Positions 62,935-64,000 of a stretch of 64,000 bases of DNA are shown one piece after another; within the stretch, counting starts at the first letter, position 1, and each line of letters begins with the position of its first letter. The stretch is taken from assembly GCA_913060525.1 (NCBI GenBank), contig CAJXRW010000001.1, positions 289-64,288 of the forward strand, written 5' to 3'. This stretch comes from an uncultured Gammaproteobacteria bacterium. GTDB lineage: Bacteria > Pseudomonadota > Gammaproteobacteria > Francisellales > Francisellaceae. Made by a program: the position numbers and the translations under genes. The notes under the pieces were generated by a model that was not told the origin of the DNA, searched no databases, and saw only the letters and a program-made list of their open reading frames with translations.

Positions 62935-63787
62935 TAGCAATGAGTTTCTTGTAACCAAAGAGCACAAAAGATTTGTCGAGTTTTGTAACGCTTGTTACGA
63001 ATATGAATATATTGGCATTTGCCATGGTTATCCAGGTATAGGTAAAACCATGTCTGCCACTAAATATTCGAGACAAGATGAGATATCTGAAATCAAAATA
63101 ATAGGTGGGTCAGCTGAAGATAACCTACATGTACCCAGTGATCTTGCGGATGTTAAAACCACCTTGTTTACACCTACTCCAGGTAAAACAGTGACTTCCA
63201 ATTTTAACTTATTATCTACTAATATAATACGAACAAATCGTGTCATTATTAGTGCTAGAGAAAAAATTAATCCAATTGTAAACCCTCCTAATTGCCCATT
63301 GTTTGAGATTCGTGAATCTGCTGAGATTATTCACCCACAAAATGAATGTTGTGAAATAATAATTGTTGATGAAGCTGAGCGTTTGACTTATGCAGGTGTC
63401 GAGATGGTTAGAGATTTTTATGACCGTGATCAGATGGTAAAAGCAATCATCTTTATCGGGATGCCTGGACTTGAAAAACGAATGTCCAGATACCCACAGC
63501 TTTATTCCAGAGTTGGTTTTGTACATGAATATAAGGCAATGTCTAAAGATGAAATGATTTTTATTCTTGAGCGCTATTGGCAAAACTTAGACTCAAAGCT
63601 AAATCTAGACGATTTTGCAGATCACGAAGCTATGACGGAAGTGATTAAAATCGTGAATGGTAATTTCAGGTTACTGAATAGACTTTTCACTCAAATATCA
63701 AGGATAATGAAATTAAATAACCTATCGCATATCACCAAAGAAGTGATTGAGGCATCAAGAGAATGTTTATTAATTGGGACTAATTAA
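62921..63787 (+). CDS. AAA+ transposition ATPase, TniB / Tn552 p271-like
   Basis: 288 aa. Walker A GYPGIGKTMSA and Walker B IIIVDEAERL. Overlaps the transposase gene by 14 nt. Confidence 0.85.
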   Translation: MKMNSSNEFLVTKEHKRFVEFCNACYEYEYIGICHGYPGIGKTMSATKYSRQDEISEIKIIGGSAEDNLHVPSDLADVKTTLFTPTPGKTVTSNFNLLSTNIIRTNRVIISAREKINPIVNPPNCPLFEIRESAEIIHPQNECCEIIIVDEAERLTYAGVEMVRDFYDRDQMVKAIIFIGMPGLEKRMSRYPQLYSRVGFVHEYKAMSKDEMIFILERYWQNLDSKLNLDDFADHEAMTEVIKIVNGNFRLLNRLFTQISRIMKLNNLSHITKEVIEASRECLLIGTN

Positions 63788-63911
63788 TCGTGCCATTCTT
63801 AAATGTCAGAAACAGGACAAAATTAAATGTCAGTTACACTTAATTAAATCAAAATCAATGATAACTTTTATTATTTTTTTACATTTAGTTAAATCAAATT
63901 AGTTGCCTTAC

Positions 63912-63953
63912 AAAATTATAAATTTAAAATTTATAATTTAAGATTTATAATAA
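63912..63953. repeat. three tandem imperfect 14-bp AT-rich repeats
   Basis: AAAATTATAAATTT / AAAATTTATAATTT / AAGATTTATAATAA, just outside the right end of the TniAB element, at the window edge. Confidence 0.4.
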
Positions 63954-64000
63954 ATATGTATTTAATTATATTTAACATATTTATCGCTTTTATGCGGTAT

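Larger units (their letters stand above)
59181..63862. mobile_element. Tn552/Tn5053-like (TniA/TniB-type) transposon carrying a PIN-like gene and a mini tyrosine recombinase; outer boundaries approximate
   Basis: About 65-80-bp terminal inverted repeats. 59211-59250 and 63786-63825 are near-identical in inverted orientation (AATCGTGCCATTCTTAAATGTCAGAAACAGG...). Each end contains 2-3 copies of a 14-bp TTAAATGTCAG(A/T)(A/T)A motif (59183-59196, 59200-59213, 59224-59237; 63799-63812, 63823-63836). The IRs abut the terminal genes. Confidence 0.75.

Noticed and set aside
51657-63583. Other embedded ORFs: 51657-52001, 52888-53073, 55959-56204, 56387-56743, 57411-57626, 59254-59481, 60187-60426, 60910-61104, 61545-61745, 62364-62585, 62864-63076, 63028-63246 and 63212-63583. 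From earlier parts of the window: 23673-23864, 27973-28360, 29276-29482, 30826-31074, 31400-31591, 33655-33846, 34911-35168 and 49675-50107.
   Set aside because: They are antisense or out-of-frame overlaps of genes with clear family signatures or operon context. No motifs were found.
1-64000. rRNA genes, tRNA genes, CRISPR arrays, reverse transcriptases/retrons, integron attC arrays.
   Set aside because: Scanning by eye found no rRNA-like conserved blocks, no cloverleaf candidates with T-loop consensus, no short regularly spaced repeats and no RT (YxDD) ORFs. Small RNAs cannot be excluded without covariance-model searches.

Overview
AT-rich, gene-dense segment that reads as part of a large conjugative plasmid (or ICE) from a Gram-negative, probably gammaproteobacterial, host. 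All family calls come from motif recognition by eye; no searches were run. Left to right: (1) a plasmid-borne dnaB. (2) An MFS transporter divergent from a six-gene translationally coupled operon: SpeE-like aminopropyltransferase homologue, PotD-like binding protein, histidine kinase, receiver protein, SAM methyltransferase, HTH protein. (3) A VirB/VirD4-type T4SS operon (virB2-B11 plus virD4; no virB1 recognised) that continues into a UvrD-like helicase, a glutaminyl cyclase and secreted proteins or lipoproteins. (4) A ~15 kb accessory mosaic littered with Tn3-family transposon ends. It holds an orphan Hcp / L,D-transpeptidase-fold cluster, an Abi_2 abortive-infection gene, an IS30 remnant, a MarR-EmrB-EmrA-OMF efflux locus and an intact Tn4430-like tnpI-tnpA transposon. 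The efflux locus plus transposon are bracketed by matching ends and a 6-bp direct repeat. (5) A Fic toxin/antitoxin pair. (6) A ~2080-aa MOBQ relaxase-helicase-primase with a candidate oriT and TraD/TraC-like accessory genes. (7) A putative leading region in which four near-identical promoter/operator/5'-UTR cassettes drive small unknown genes, followed by an orphan N6-adenine methyltransferase and an HU protein. (8) A Tn552/Tn5053-like (TniA/TniB-type) element carrying a PIN-like protein and a mini tyrosine recombinase, inserted about 30 bp upstream of a xerC-like gene. No rRNA, tRNA or CRISPR array was recognised. The most unusual items are the synthase/exporter/sensor operon upstream of the T4SS, the four-copy regulatory cassette, the Hcp-LDT island and the atypical TniAB element.
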